NCBI RefSeq assembly: GCF_963921235.1 | Contig: NC_086097.1 | Coordinates: 67,458,001 to 67,522,000, forward strand | Length of the DNA: 64,000 nt | Direction: 5' to 3' | Source of the DNA: Mobula hypostoma | Taxonomy: Eukaryota | In this document: positions 1 to 13,599 of the stretch, piece after piece | Layout of the letters: each line of letters starts with the position of its first letter | How positions within the stretch are numbered: the first letter of the stretch is position 1 | Position numbers and translations under genes: made by a program | Notes under the pieces: generated by a model | What the model was told of the DNA's origin: nothing | The model's database searches: none | What the model saw: only the letters and a program-made list of their open reading frames with translations

Positions 1-429
1 ACATCCAACTCAAGCTCTAACTCCTTGTCCTGGTCCTGCAGAGGTACCATCAGGGAAACTGTCAGGTATCCTGAATTCCCAGATCTGACAGGAGGAGTGT
101 TCCATCCTGACTACTCTATACCAAGAAAGAAAAAGGCTTGCCTCTTCTTAACTGTGCCTGTTCACATCGAAGGCTGTTAAGCCAAAGCCTTCATGCTCTA
201 TTAGTGGCACACTCTGACAATAGCTACTCCACTTAAGCATGCCCTGCTTTAATTCGCAACTGAGGCTAGGCCTCTGATGCTGATACTTTTCATGCCTGTG
301 CAGCTTAAAAGGACTGGCCTTATTCGAACCTGCTCCTTTTATCCTTTCTCTTGACATTTGTAGGGCTCTGACTAATACACACACTGTCTATGCCTGGTCA
401 ATACACAAAGCTTCCTGCCAGGGCTTTCA

Positions 430-1950
430 TTAGATTGATGCCTGGGTGACCACGGTGGAATTGTATCAGTATTTCTGGTCAGAATATTTGTGGAATTACT
501 ATTCCATCTCCAACCATTAGGCAGGAGTCCACAGTTGGGAGTGAAATATGTCAGGAAAAGGGTATGATATCTTCTTCAATTTTAACTGGCCACCTGTCAA
601 AGAGGTATCTGTAGATACGCTGAAGAAGAGGATCTGAGCTGTTTTTGCTCTGATCTTGTCGATTGTGACTGGAAGACCCTCAGCAGCATCCAATACAACC
701 CAGTGGACACTGTGGTCAACTGAAATTGCAGCCATGTTTTCAGTTTTCAGTAACCTGCTGATTCACAAGTCTGGAGAGGGCACCTGCCTAAATAGGGCAT
801 TGACTGGCACCCTTAGCCTGTACATTGTTGGGAGGAATGCCGAATAATGACTGATTATGCCCACATCTAATGGTGGAGGCATCTTTAAGACAGTAGTGGT
901 GTTTTCGGGATCTGGGCAACGACTGTGCTCTTCTATGATGCCTGAAATCTGGGCAACGACTGCATTCTTCATTTATCTGCCTGAAATCACAATCCAAAGT
1001 TTGTTGAAAATGTGGTTCGGGCATTGGAATAGTTCTGTTTGATCCAAGCCCATCACAATGATCTCATTGAGGTAAGTGGCAAAACAGCAACACTGTCAAT
1101 ACCACTGATCATAGTGTCAATAAGCCATTGGAAAATTGAAGGAGCTGCCTTTACCCTGAAAGGCAGACAAAGGAAGATAAATAAAAAATATGGTTGTAAG
1201 GTGGGCTTCAGGCAAGTCCAAATTTGCGAAGTAGTGATCACTGTTCAATTTAGCAAAGAGATCTGCCGGTACCAGCAATAGGTACATGTGTGTCTCTGGA
1301 GCCACACTGAGACAGTTGAGAAGTCTGCACACAACCTCACTGTACTGTTGGCTTTCTTGATGATGACTCCTAGAGGTGCCCAATGTGAGTAGTCGTCAGC
1401 CCTCACCTCACCAGCTTGTTGCAGGTGATCTAGCTCTTGCTCCACGATTGGTAAAGCTGTGTGTGGTGCCAGTCTTTGGGACAGAAGACTGGCTTCGCGT
1501 CTGAACGGAGATGGAGTTCTGCTTGCGGTTTGGTGCATTGACATAAACTATCTTGAAATACTGCTGTATAGCATATAGTTGTTGTCTCATGAAATACTGC
1601 TGTATAGCATTGTTGCAGATGTTGTCTCATACATCGATGGTGGCACGGCACCGACTGACTTGATTTGAATGAACAATGTCTTCGTACAGATCTCATCCAG
1701 AGATCAAGTTTGTCCATCCAGAAAATGCCTAGGACATTCAGATCATGCTGCTTTGTTAGGTAGCGCACACTGTTGACTTAGTGACTGTTCAGATTCACTA
1801 TGCAATGCAGTTTGCCAACCAGCTGGAGGTTCCACCTGAAGCACTGCAGGTGAAATGATGAGTTGTTTTGACTGATGGGGACCCAAGTGCCCACCATGTG
1901 TATTTGGAGATAATGGTGATGTATGTGTTGAGCTATAGCTTGATCCACTG
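430..1950 (-). mobile_element. Decayed Ty3/Gypsy (Mag/K02A2.6-like) pol remnant: RT and RNase H regions
   Basis: Minus-strand peptides HWAPLGVIIKKANSTVRLCADFST, VPADLFAKLNSDHYFANLDLPEAHL and IRCGHNQSLFGI resemble Gypsy RT/RNase H; many frameshifts; ends approximate. Confidence 0.8.
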
Positions 1951-2189
1951 ATTGTTGATAGATACATTTACTTACCGTCTCCTGGTGGCGAAATAAACCT
2001 TGAAAGTGACCATTAAACTCCTTGCAGATATTAATGGCTTTTGAAATTTCTTGCCCTTGTGTTTCGCTAACCTAGAATATAGTGAAAGATGACAAAGCCT
2101 TCTTTGTGACCATGGCATTGCATTTGCCGCAAATGTGGTTCTTATATTAGCTAGTGTAGATGTTATCAGTCTTTTCCTCAGCACTGGAG

Positions 2190-2460
2190 AGTACAAACCA
2201 GGGTGCATAGGTTTAGGGTGAGATGGAAAAGATTTAAAAGGAACCAGATGGACAACTTTTTTTACCTAGAGGGTGATGAGTATATGGTATGAGCTGCCAG
2301 AGGAGGTGGTTGAGGCAGGTATAATAGTGTCATTTAAGAAGCACTTGGATAGATTCATGGAGGGTTGGTGCTTGGAGGGATATGAGCTGAAAGCAGGAAA
2401 TTATAATTAGTAGGATGGGCACTATGGTTGGCATGGACTAGTTAGGACAAAGGGCCAGTA
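2190..2460 (+). mobile_element. CR1 LINE 3' end fragment
   Basis: Similar to the 3' end of the younger CR1 at 50030-50290 (GAGCTGCCAGAGGAGGTGGTTGAGGCAGG motif). Confidence 0.75.
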
Positions 2461-2651
2461 CTGCATCCAGTAGGAGTCTGAGAGGATTTAGTATGGCACC
2501 AAAGACTCTTACACATTTCTATTAATGTAGAGTGGAGAGCATTCTGACTGCTTGCATCACAGTCTGGTACGGAGCTCTGAATGCAAGAGGCTGCCGATGG
2601 TTGTAGACTCAGTCAGCTGCATCAGGGGCACAACACTCCCCACTATTGACG

Positions 2652-3695
2652 AACACACATCAAAGTTGCTGGTGAATGCAGCAGGCTGGGCAGCACCTCT
2701 AGGAAGAGGTACAGTCGACGTTTCGGGCCAAGACCCTTCGTCAGGACTAACTGAAAGAAGAGCTAATAAGAAATTTGAAAGTGGGAGGGGGAGGGGGAGA
2801 TCCAAAATGATAGGAGAAGACAGGAGGGGGAGGGATGGAGCCAAGAGCTGGACAGTTGATTGGCAAAAAGGGATATGAGAGGATCATGGGACAGGAGGCC
2901 TAGGGAGAATGAAAAGGGGGAGGGGGGAAAACCCAGAGGATGGGCAAGGGGTATAGTGAGAGGGACAGAGAAAAAGGAGAGAGAGAAAAAGAATGTGTGT
3001 ATATAAATAAATAATGGATGGGGTATGAGGGGGAGGTGGGGCATTTGCGGAAGTTTGAAAAGTCAATGTTCATGCCATCAGGTTGGAGGCTACCCAGACG
3101 GAATATAAGGTGTTGTTCCTCCAACCTGAGTGTGGCTTCATCTTTACAGTAGAGGAGGCCGTGTTTCGACATATCAGAATGGGAATGAGAAGTGGAATTA
3201 AAATGTGTGGCCACTGGGAGATCCTGCTTTCTCTGGTGGACAGAGCGTAGGTGTTCAGCGAAACGATCTCCCAGTCTGCGTCGGGTCTCGCCAATATATA
3301 GAAGGCCACATCGGGAGCACCGGACGCAGTATATCACCCCAGCCGACTCACAGGTGAAGTGTTGCCTCACCTGGAAGGACTGTTTAGGGCCCTGAATGGT
3401 GGTAAGGGAGGAAGTGTAAGGGCATGTGTAGCACTTGTTCCGCTTACACGGATAAGTGCCAGGAGGGAGATCAGTGGGGAAGGATGGGGGGGAACGAATG
3501 GACAAGGGAGTTGCGTAGGGAGCGATCCCTGCGGAATGCGGGGGGGGGGGGAGGGAAAGATGTGCTTAGTGGTGGGATCCTGTTGGAGGTGGCAGAAGTT
3601 ACGGAGAATAATATGTTGGACCCGGAGGCTGGTGGGATGGTAGGTGAGGACAAGGGGAACCCTATTCCTAGTGGGGTGACGGGAGGATGGAGTGA
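2652..3695 (-). mobile_element. Penelope-like retroelement, 5'-truncated: GIY-YIG endonuclease plus pseudo-LTR
   Basis: ORF 2900-3505 contains PCKRNKCYTC...GVIYCVRCSRCGLLYIGETRRRLGDRFAEH...HFNSTSH (GIY-YIG with Cys/His motif typical of PLEs); RVPLVLTYHP linker in an adjacent frame. Confidence 0.92.
2712..2749 (-). ncRNA. Minimal type-I hammerhead ribozyme motif in the PLE pseudo-LTR
   Basis: Minus strand reads TAGTC-CTGACGA-AGGGTCTTGGCCC-GAAAC-GTC-GACTG: CUGANGA and GAAA core, GUC cleavage triplet, stem I AGTC/GACT, palindromic ACGT stem III. Confidence 0.8.
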
Positions 3696-5829
3696 GGACA
3701 TCTTCAAGGGATGGTGCTTCAAGAAGGCGGCATCCGTCATTGAAGACATTTAGCATCCAGTACATGGGCTCTTCTTATTACTACCATTGGAAGATCATCG
3801 GTGAAGAAGTACAGGAGCCTGAAGTCACCTAAATGTTTTAAGAACAGTTTCTTCCCTATCACCATCGGGGATGGTAGTGTTCATGACCACTACCTCATTA
3901 TTTGTCTTTGGCATTGCTGTCGCAAAACAACAAATTTCATGACATGCCAGTGATAATAAACTTAATTATAACTCTATGACCTTCTATACTCCATGTCAGG
4001 GATTAGATCTTTTTGGATGTCAATGCCATTCTGTGAGATCAGCTCCAATGCTGTGCTTGGCCATGCTGAAATATTGGAAGTGAGATTCTCAATGCAAGAC
4101 CCAGCTAGGTCTATGCTGAAGGTGTATGGGTGTGCAGCCAGTGTTTGGGGAGCAGCGGAAGATGTGGCTGCATCAGTTATATACCCAAAATGCATATTCT
4201 GAAGTTTTGAAATTATAACAGTTATTACTGGAAATGCAGCACTCCAGACAGTATCTGTGAAGACATTAACAGTGTTGAAAGGAGGAAATTTGGAGGGCTT
4301 TGGTCAGCTGGAAGATGGAAAGGTATCTAATTTACATGGAACAAGGATCCTTCAAGATTTAATAGAGGCAGGATAGAGTTGGTTACTGATGGGGTGGAGG
4401 TTAAAAGTTAGGGTTGTAACCAAAGTGTTATAAAGAGAAAAGTTATTTGAAACTTTGGTTGTTGAAGTTGTATGCCTTCATTTTAGTGACATTTTCTTTT
4501 TCTTCTTTGATAGATTTGGACAGCGGCTGCTCAGGTTTCCTGCAAATTCTGAGAGTTGGGAGACAAATAAGATTAAATTGATAGGATAAGATCACAGAAA
4601 GAATCACTAAGAAATGAAGCAAGGCTAAATATTAATTAAGCATGAAAGGTGCAGCCCTAAATCTAAGACGTTAACTTTGTTTCTCTTTCACTGATACTGC
4701 CTGACCTGCTGAGTATTTTCCACATTTTCTGTTTTAAAAACATCTGCTGTTACTTTTTGTACTTGTAATTTCACTCCATCACAACTTTCATGCCATTTGC
4801 TACAAGTAATTTCGAACTCTAAACATCTCTAAATGGTTATAGTTCACATAATAAAGTGCAAATGTATTGCCTTTTGAGGTACTTTTTTAGGAAACAGTCT
4901 ATCTTTTTATGCATTTAAAAAATTTTTTTAATCAGGAAAGGTGAGGACTAAATTAAAGGAGGATGTAAACAGCAATAGAATAAGTAGTTTTAACATCTAA
5001 GTTTTAAAAGATGGTTGAAGAAATAACCACCGAGTGGAGAGCAAAACAATGATGGTTCAAAGCAATGTGATGACAGGTCAAGTAATTGTACAAAAATTAG
5101 ATCTATATACGTGTAAATGGTCACAGCAGAATGCAAGAATCAGAGATAAGTTGTTAATTACTCTCATAGGACATTCTATCAGGCTTTTCTTTTGTCCCTT
5201 TCCAGCCCATTTTGTTTGGCACTGCATACAATTCATAACTACTATAAAATTCAGCTGCATAGGTGAGGCTGGGGTTTTGAGGGAGTTGTTGGGCACAAAT
5301 TGATTCCAATATTGTATCTAATGCATACACATATTGGTATTTGTGACGTATATTATATCAGATGCCACATTGCTGATCCAATTAGCTAAAGCGTGCCAGC
5401 AAAGAGTAGGCACGTTGTCATGTCAACCAACATTGAATGCTGCTTTGTTGTCAGCATAACCATTTTAGATGTCTGTGGTGCAGCTAATTGATTCTCCTTG
5501 CCTTGCTGAACATATATGCAGCAGCATGAACAACAGCCACCATATGCTATTTAAAAGGATTATCAGCTGGTTGCAGGCTAACTTCTGATTAATTTCTGTT
5601 AACTATAATTCTAAAACTTCTTGGAGCACTCTGGAGTTGATATTGTCCTGTGAAAGTATGTTATTGAGAAATAAAAAAATATTACTCCGGTCTCCCTATA
5701 CATGCAGGAATTCACCCCTATTTTATACCTTCTGCATCATAATCTTTGTGCTCATTTTCAGTATCCGTCAAATCTTCCCCCTTCATTCTTTGAAAATTAA
5801 ATGTGCTTTGTGGGTAAAGAGAAGGTCGT

Positions 5830-6500
5830 GGATGTATTATAATTACAGCTCCAGAAGCATGGGCAAAGTGGCCACATCAAAGATTACAGTTGAAAGTAAA
5901 ATCTCATGGTGTAGGAGTTAACATTGTGGGGAAATAGAATATTGGCTGGCCAACAAGAAACAGAGAGTTGGCACAAATATGATTGGTTGGCAAGATATAT
6001 TGAGTATGGTGCTCAGTGGAGGCGAGGGGTCCTCATTTATATAAATGACTTTGATGATGGTACTGAAAGTATGGTTGCTAAATTTGCTGATGACATAAAA
6101 TTAGACAGGAAAGTATAGAGGCTAAGATCAGGCAAATGGAATATAATATGGGAACACGGCAAATCATACACTTTGGCAAGAAGTATATATAAAAGTATAT
6201 TTTGTAAATAATGAGGGATTGCAGATGCAGGAGGAGCTGGGTGCCCCAATCCATGATTTGCAAAAGAAGAGTAGGCAGGCACAGTGAGTAAGTAGAACAG
6301 CAAATGGATTAATATTGTTTATTAGTAGAGACATTAAATAAAAAATAGAAAAGTATTTTTAATGCTTCATTTATATAGGACATTAATGAAATGATATTTG
6401 GAGTACTGTATAAAAAATATTGACCTCATTATTTTAGGAAGGATACTAAGGCATTAGAAGCAGTTCAGAGAAGGTTTGGTGGACTACTACCTGTAACGCA
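5830..6500 (+). mobile_element. Old CR1 LINE RT/3' fragment
   Basis: IYINDFDDGTESMVAKFADDIKL peptide (CR1 RT) followed by decayed 3' coding region. Confidence 0.75.
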
Positions 6501-7010
6501 ATTTGAGGTCAGTGTCAATCAGCTATTATCATATTGCATGGCAAGGTAAGGCTTGGGTGGCCATTTGGCCTACTTGTGCTATTTTCTTGTGTTCTTGTGA
6601 CAGGTTACGGATTAGGATGGGACATGGAAAAGAGCAAATGTCAATGCAACCTTCAGTGTAAAGTCTTTCATTCTATTCAATACAAGGGGAATCAACCAAA
6701 GCAGCACAAAATGGAACAGGTGGTTGGTTATCCCAGAATGGCATGATTTCAAGGCAGAGGATTTTGTAGCCACAAAGAGAAACTGGGCAGGAAGCCATTT
6801 ACTCTGTCAGCTATGACAACTAATTTTACACATAGCATCAGAGACCAGTCAAACATTTTGGCACCATTTTTGGAAATCTCCTTTCATCATAAGCCGATGT
6901 GAGAACATGTGCATCATCAATTGGATCAAGAACATTTGATACTATATCTGATAAACCATGCGACTTGCATTCAACTTACTGTTGTTGCTGTACTGAATGT
7001 AAGAAATGAC

Positions 7011-8150
7011 TGTTGTGCATTTACTGTTGTGTCAGTAGTATGAGTAATATTGTAAACATTGTTTGAATAAGCATTCTTGTTTATTTAAATAATTCATTGT
7101 GGGTTAAAAGTAAAATTAAGTGAATCGCATGTATCATGATGCTGCCAATTGATAAGTGCATGCCTTGCTTAAAAGTAAAAACCAACTAAGATTCACATCT
7201 CTTGGCTCTCTTGTTTACCTTTTAATTTGTTTAATGTTTTGGAGTTACAAAACATAAGAGTGGCGATGAGGTATTTTTAAAATGAACCCAAGATGACTAC
7301 CTCCTTGTGGAAGCACAGCAAAACATATGAGTTTAAAAAAAGCACAGCTAGATGTTCACACTAAAAAAAAACACAGCACGTGTTCTTCTGAAGGACAGAA
7401 ATGTTCAAATTAAAAAGAAGACAAATAATCAAAGAATTCAAAGGTTCATAAACAGTGAATACCAGGTGATGATAACAAAGCTGAAGCAGAAATGGCTGGC
7501 TACATCAGAAAGATTGACATATTTAATTCCACAACAGATAAATTGTGTATTCTGAGCAAATTAAGCAGAATTTTGAAGCAAATGAAAAAACCAATGAGAA
7601 GTGAGCACCAGTTTTGCAGAGTGCATTAGATTTAAAGGCGTACAAGTCTGCTTAGATATTTTACTGTTCTAAACAAAATGACCTTTGTTGATATTGTGAA
7701 AGTAAATGCAGGAAGATCTAGAACTGAAACCATTGTTGATTGCAGAATGTTTTAGGTTTCGTAATAGGAGTTAAAAGGAAGGGGAGTCCATTTCAGCATA
7801 CATGCCTCAATTGAAGGGATTTCCTGAGCATTGTCAGTTCAAAGATGGACTGAATGATGCAGAGAGAAAGAGTTTGTGGAATCTGACAAGAAAGGATTCA
7901 AAAATGGCTCTTACTAGAAGCACTACTTACATTTAAAAGAGTAGTTGAAATTGCTATATCAATGGAAACAGCAGACAGAGATGCATCTGATTTGCAGTCA
8001 GGAATGAAAATGAGCATTAACAAAGTAGCTATATCTAAACAGAAACCAAACTGGCTGAAAAAATTGTGTTACCATTGTGGCAAGGGCTCACATACACCAG
8101 ACCAAAGCAGATTTAAAGGCAAAACTTGTAGAAAAGTATTAGGGTGAGAC
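7011..8150 (+). mobile_element. Gypsy LTR element 5' part: LTR (~7011-7258), PBS-like TGGCGATGAGG (7261-7271), decayed gag with zinc knuckle
   Basis: TG-initiated segment ending ...ACAAAACATAA, then PBS-like motif; gag-like start ATGGCTGGCTACATC and LCYHCGKGSH...KTCRK. Confidence 0.75.
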
Positions 8151-8619
8151 AAAACAATCTGCACCACGTGGTCAGCTAAAATCAATCCCAGGATGACTTT
8201 CACTGATTGGTCATTGTGCCAATCAAGGACTCAATTGTTCTGGGGTTAACTTTGAATGGTCATACTGGGGACTGTGAGTTTGAGTTTGAGTTTTGAGACT
8301 GGTGTAATTTTACTAAATAAAGGGTTAATTAAAATTCCAGTTTGTTCAATTCCTGGCTTTGGGTCTCATCAGTAGTTGTATGAGAGTGAACTCACTAAAT
8401 TGGTGATAACACGCTGTATTATAGTGCCATAGCAATGTCAGCAGAAGACTTATGCACAGCTCTGCAACAGCAGCAAGCTCAATTTGAGATGGCACAGCTG
8501 AAGTTAATTGAAATGTTAACCAGCAGGTTAACAGTGTCTCAATGATGGCAGTGTCAGACACTGAACAGAACTCATGTGAATCAATTGTCGTGTCCATTTC
8601 CAAGTTCTAGTTGATGCTG

Positions 8620-9005
8620 CTTTGAGGAGTTGTGTTTACATCATGGTTCAAGCACTACAAAGATATATTCAGAGTCCAGTTTGCCAGTAAAGATGCCTCC
8701 TGAAAAACATGCTCCGAAAATTGGGTACTGATGAACAGGAAAACTATTTCAACTTCATTTTGCTTAAGAACCCATGAGACCTGTCCTTTGATGAAACTGT
8801 CCAACAGCTAGCAAGGATTTTTGGAGAATAGTCATCTTTCTTCAGTGTTTGCTACCATTGCCTAAAGCTTGTTAAAAAAAGATCCCAATAACTTTGTCAC
8901 ATTTGCCGGTATCATCAATTGTGAATGTGAAAATTTTGAGCTGGGTAATATGACTGCATCACAGTTCAAACATCTGATTTTTTTATTTGTGGACTTCAGG
9001 CGCTT
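8620..9005 (+). mobile_element. Gypsy (Mag/K02A2.6-like) gag remnant
   Basis: Hand translation MLRKLGTDEQENYFNFILLKNP*DLSFDETVQQLARIFGE*SSFFSVCYHCLKL...NFVTFAGIINCECENF, with internal stops. Confidence 0.7.
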
Positions 9006-10967
9006 GGCAATGTAGATATTCACAAGTGACTCCTGGCCAGACTGGATGTGACTATATAAACTGTCATTCAGGAATTCCAACCTGGTTGAACAGACCAAGG
9101 TCAATGCAGTTTCCAATGGCCCAGACATCATTACTCAGCAGGTCTCCAAGAGTTAATGTATTTATCACCAATCCGTTGGTCAAGCTACAACTTGTCATGG
9201 CATCAGACATCGCCATTATTTCCAAATGCATGTGGTGGGAACTTGGGTCCTCACCAGTCAAATCATCTCCTCATTCGCTTGCAGTGTATTGGGTGGAATC
9301 CTCCAGCTGTACTGCATGGTGAAACTCAAACGTAACCAAGTCAATGGTGTGTGTTACCTAACTGCCTGGGCCATCCTTCAAATCAGCTTCTCCCCTGCTT
9401 GCTTCCTGATTGCTTGCAGTGATAGTTTACCACAATTTACTTCAGAAAAGATGTTATTAGTACTGTTTTTAGTCAAATTATTTGCCTTTTGAACTACCAG
9501 TGAGCTGTCACACACATCTGATAGTACCATCTTAAACTGGAAATATCTCTGAATCATATAAAATTAGTACAAAGCCAATGACGGGGAAAATTATCACAAG
9601 CCATCAGGGATTTCCTAGGAGTAGGCCTAGTACCTGTCTGGAGTCACTGTGGCCATGAAGGATGGCTTTTGGGTAAGATGGACAGCTAGCTCAATCCTCT
9701 ACATTTAGATTTTAGGCAGAAGGGCACTGTGGGTAGCTAATCCACGCAGTGGGCCGAATGTAGGCCCTAGCAATTCACAGAGCATGTTTGCATGCTGGAT
9801 TGCACTGAGACTCATCAACTGACGAAGACTTGCGGAGGGGAGTCACTTTCCCTTCACTTTAACCCTTCATCAATTCACCAGAATAAAACCCTTGTCGAAA
9901 GGTTTAATAACAATTTTGGAATTGGTTCTTAGTGAACAAGCTGCTGCTGCAGATTAGAGGGAATGGTGTTAGAATGAGCAAATGGAGCAGCACAACTGAG
10001 ATGATCAATGTCTTGCCAGCAGTTGCAATGTAAACATATAGCAATAATAGGAAATCAGGCATTTCAAAGTTCAAAAGAAAATAGAAAGGGTCCGAGGAAC
10101 AGCAGGAAAACTTCAATTAAGGATGTGTGCACTGAAGCAAAGATGAATGTCAAACTTAAAGTTATTAAGCTTGAAACATAAAACAATGGAGGTGAGCCCT
10201 CCACTGAGAATCAATCATCAGAGTCAGCAATAAGGTCACCAAAGATAGTGAAAACACTACAAGGAACAAAATTGTAGAAAGAGTTTGCATCAGTGGAAAG
10301 TCAGGAGGAAAAAAGATCTGGGGGAGTGATTGAATATACGAGTTGTTCAAGCTTGCAGCTCCTAATGCCAGACATGAAGAAACTTATTTTTTTGTTACAG
10401 CGCTGGATGAGGTGGAGGATGAAATGAAACTGTGGATCAGGGCAGCATTTAAACAAAATACCAAACAGAGAGATCACAAGCATGCATATGGAAACATATT
10501 TAATCTCAAGATTGGGTGAGAGTAATCTTCAAAGAAAGCAGATTATCTTGGAATCTTTTGTAATCATAGGTGCAATTTGTTCGTATTGAAGATCTATTGT
10601 CAGTAATATTTACGGATGCAAAAGCTTACTGTAAGAAGGTCATTGCCCCACAATCTCTATTCTTACATAAGAATAGATGCAAATCTGACACTCCTTAAGA
10701 AAGATGGCAGGCAAATTCCCAATGATGGCACAATTTATTATGTAAATATACACATGTTAAATACATACATACATATTCTATAAAATATAGATAATATGTT
10801 AGAATTCTACACAGGTGGATTTTGTATGATTACTTCCAAAAAATGGCACAAAAATGGTTGCAGGTTGGCCAAATGATTGCCACAAATAACCATTCTCCTA
10901 CTAAATAGGTAAAGACTGTAGCACACATAATGTTGGTTATATGTAACAATTGTGGTGCTGAGATATA

Positions 10968-11455
10968 CACTCAATGTCCACTTGATTGGGTACGGCCTGT
11001 ACCTAACAGAGGTTGCTACTGCGTGTATGTTTGTGATCTTTGGCTGCTGTAACCCACCCACTTTAAGGTTCAACATGTTGTGCAGTCAGAAATGCTCTTC
11101 TGCACACCACTGTTATAATGCGTAGTTATTTGAGTTACTGTTGCCTTCCTGTCAACTTGAACCAGTCTGGCCATTCTCCTCTGACCTCTCTCATTAACAA
11201 GACATTTGCTCCCACAGAATTTCTGCTCACTATATGCTTTCTTTTTTGTTTTTTGCACATTTCTCTGTAAACTCTAGAGACTGTTGTGTGCAAAATCCCA
11301 GGATATCGGCAGTTTCTGATGCTCAACATCCACTGAACCTCTTGACCATGTCTGCATGATTTTATGTATTGAGTTGCTGTCTCATGACTGGCAGATTAGG
11401 TATTTGCATTAATGAGCAGGTGTAGAACGGTACCTAATAGAGTAGCCACTCAGTG
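10968..11455 (-). mobile_element. Internally deleted Tc1/mariner DNA transposon
   Basis: Imperfect ~26-bp TIRs (CACTCAATGTCCACTTGATTGGGTAC / GTACCTAATAGAGTAGCCACTCAGTG) flanked by TA; transposase HTH peptide ERGQRRMARLVQVDRKATVTQITTHYN. Confidence 0.88.
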
Positions 11456-11489
11456 TAACTGCCTTAAGATTGTGCCATGTGACTAACTT

Positions 11490-11910
11490 TTCAGAATCAA
11501 AATCAGAATCAGGTTTAATATCACTGGCATATGTCATGAAATTTGTTAACTTTAAGGCAGTAGTACAATGAAATGCATAATAATAAACATAGAGGAAAAA
11601 ACAGAAGTACAGTTAAGTATATAAATATATAAAATAGTTGTTAAAATAAGAAGAGCAAAAACAAACAAACAAATAAGTAGTGAGGTTGTGTTCATGGGCC
11701 CAATAGCCATTTAGAAATCAGATGGCAGAGAGGAAGAAACAGAGAGAAATCACTGAGCATGTGCTTTCAGGCTTCTGCATCTCCTTCCAGATGGTAACAG
11801 TGAGCAGTGAGAAGAGGGCATGTCCTAGGTGGTGGGGGTCCTTAACGATGGATGCTGCCTTTCTGAGGCACTGCTCCTTGAAGATACCTTGGATACTACG
11901 GAGGCTCAAG
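11490..11910 (-). mobile_element. Rex1/Babar LINE 3' end
   Basis: QCLRKAASIVKDPHHLGHALFSLL peptide; (AGAATC)n-type tail at ~11493-11511. Confidence 0.8.
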
Positions 11911-12489
11911 GTTTCTCAAGGTTACAACATTTATAGGAAATTCCACAGATTTCATCTTAATGTACTAAATGTCTACACAACTCTATGATTTTATTGAGGT
12001 GGGTACAATGTTTAAAAGTCATGTAGACAAGTAGACCCTTATGGGCTAAATGCAGCCAAATGGATGTTAGGAATATACTGGCATTGCCAATCTTACAGCC
12101 TAAGTTGGCTGTTGGTGCTTTGCTTCAGACAGGACATATCTACATACTGGTTCATGTTTATCCTAATGCTTTAAAACAAGTTTCACAACATAAACCACGA
12201 ACTGCAGATGTATTGCATAATAGCAATGAGGTAATCTGGCTCTGTGTTTTTCTATTCTCATTGTCTTGTTTTCTTTCCTCTTGCATCATTTTGGCCCAGA
12301 AATATCATTTTTGTGGTGCTTCAATAGCTACACTCACATTAATTTTAACAAAAAAATTGATGGCTTGCAACTTCTCAAGCTCTTGTTGATATCACTGTTA
12401 CTTTTTCATGTTTTTTTTTAAAAAAACTTTCTTGCTCTGCCATTGTTTCTAATAAAACTCAAGCCCAAAAATTGCTCCTATACATCTAG

Positions 12490-13560
12490 ACTATAAAACA
12501 TAGAGCAGTACAGCACAGGAATAGGCTCTTGACGTCAATGGCGATCATAATGCAAAATTAAACTAAACCTATCTACCTGCACATAACCCATAGCTCTCCA
12601 TTCGCTGTATGTTCCTGTGCCCTTTTAAATGTATCTTAAACAATCACCATCATGTCTGTTTTTACCATCACTCCTGGCAGCATGCTCCAGGAAACTTCCC
12701 TTTTAACCTTCTTCCTTTCAGCTTAAGGCTACTAAAGTATTTGGAATTTTAACCGAGAAAAAGTCTCCCAATTATCTACCCTATCTATGCCTCTCAAAAT
12801 TTTATGAATTTCTATCATCTCTCCCCTTAGCCTTTGATGCTCCAGAGAAAACAACCTATGTTTGGCCAACCCATAATTATAGCTGATACTATCTAATCCA
12901 GGCAGCGTTCTGATTAGATTCCCATTAGAACTTCTTCTGCACCCTCTCCAAAGCCTTCATATCCTTTCTGTAACAGGGCATTTAGAACTGCACACAATAA
13001 TCTAAATGTAGCCTAAACACAATTTTATACAGCTGCAATGTGATTTCTTTACTCTTATATCAGTGCCCTATCAATGAAGGTAGATGCCTTTATGTTTACC
13101 ATCCTATCTAATTTTGCTACCTCTTTCAGAGAGCTATGGATTTGGATCACAAGAGTACTTTGTACCTCAATGTTCCAAAGGGTCCTGCAATTTATTATAT
13201 ACTTTCCTTTGACATTTGATCTCCCAAAATGCAATACCTCACATTAGCCCTATTTCAATTCTGTCTACCATTTCTCTGCCTATTTCTGATCTAAGTTGCT
13301 TCTCTATCCTTTGTCAACCCTTTTCACTATGCACAGCTCACAAATTTTTTGTATTGTCTGCAAGCTTACTAGTCAGTCCACCTTCATTTTTGTCTGCCAT
13401 TTATACTTGTCACTAATTACAGAGGTCCTAACCCTTATCATTACAAATCACCATTGGTTACAGACTTTGAGTTAGAATAACACCCCTTCACTACTACACT
13501 TTTACTTCAATGGCCAAACCAATTTTGAATTCAATACACCAAGTCACTATGGATCCCATG
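12490..13560 (-). mobile_element. Old CR1 LINE 3'/RT fragment
   Basis: Reverse-complement similarity to the 3' half of the CR1 at 49300-50290. Confidence 0.7.
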
Positions 13561-13599
13561 TATCAATCCTGTCATAGTACAAACTCCTAATCTGTCCTA

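Larger units (their letters stand above)
2470..3965 (+). mobile_element. Rex1/Babar LINE 3' fragment split by a Penelope-like insertion (pieces ~2470-2651 and ~3696-3965)
   Basis: Similar to the C-terminal/3' part of the Rex1 copy at 19380-19760; the sequence resumes after the PLE (GGACATCTTCAAG...AAGAAGGCGGCATCC). Confidence 0.75.

Noticed and set aside
4490..4590. Polypyrimidine tract plus AG resembling a splice acceptor (TTTTCTTTTTCTTCTTTGATAG|ATTTGG)
   Set aside because: No frame gives a recognisable protein and it sits inside an old PLE-like inverted element
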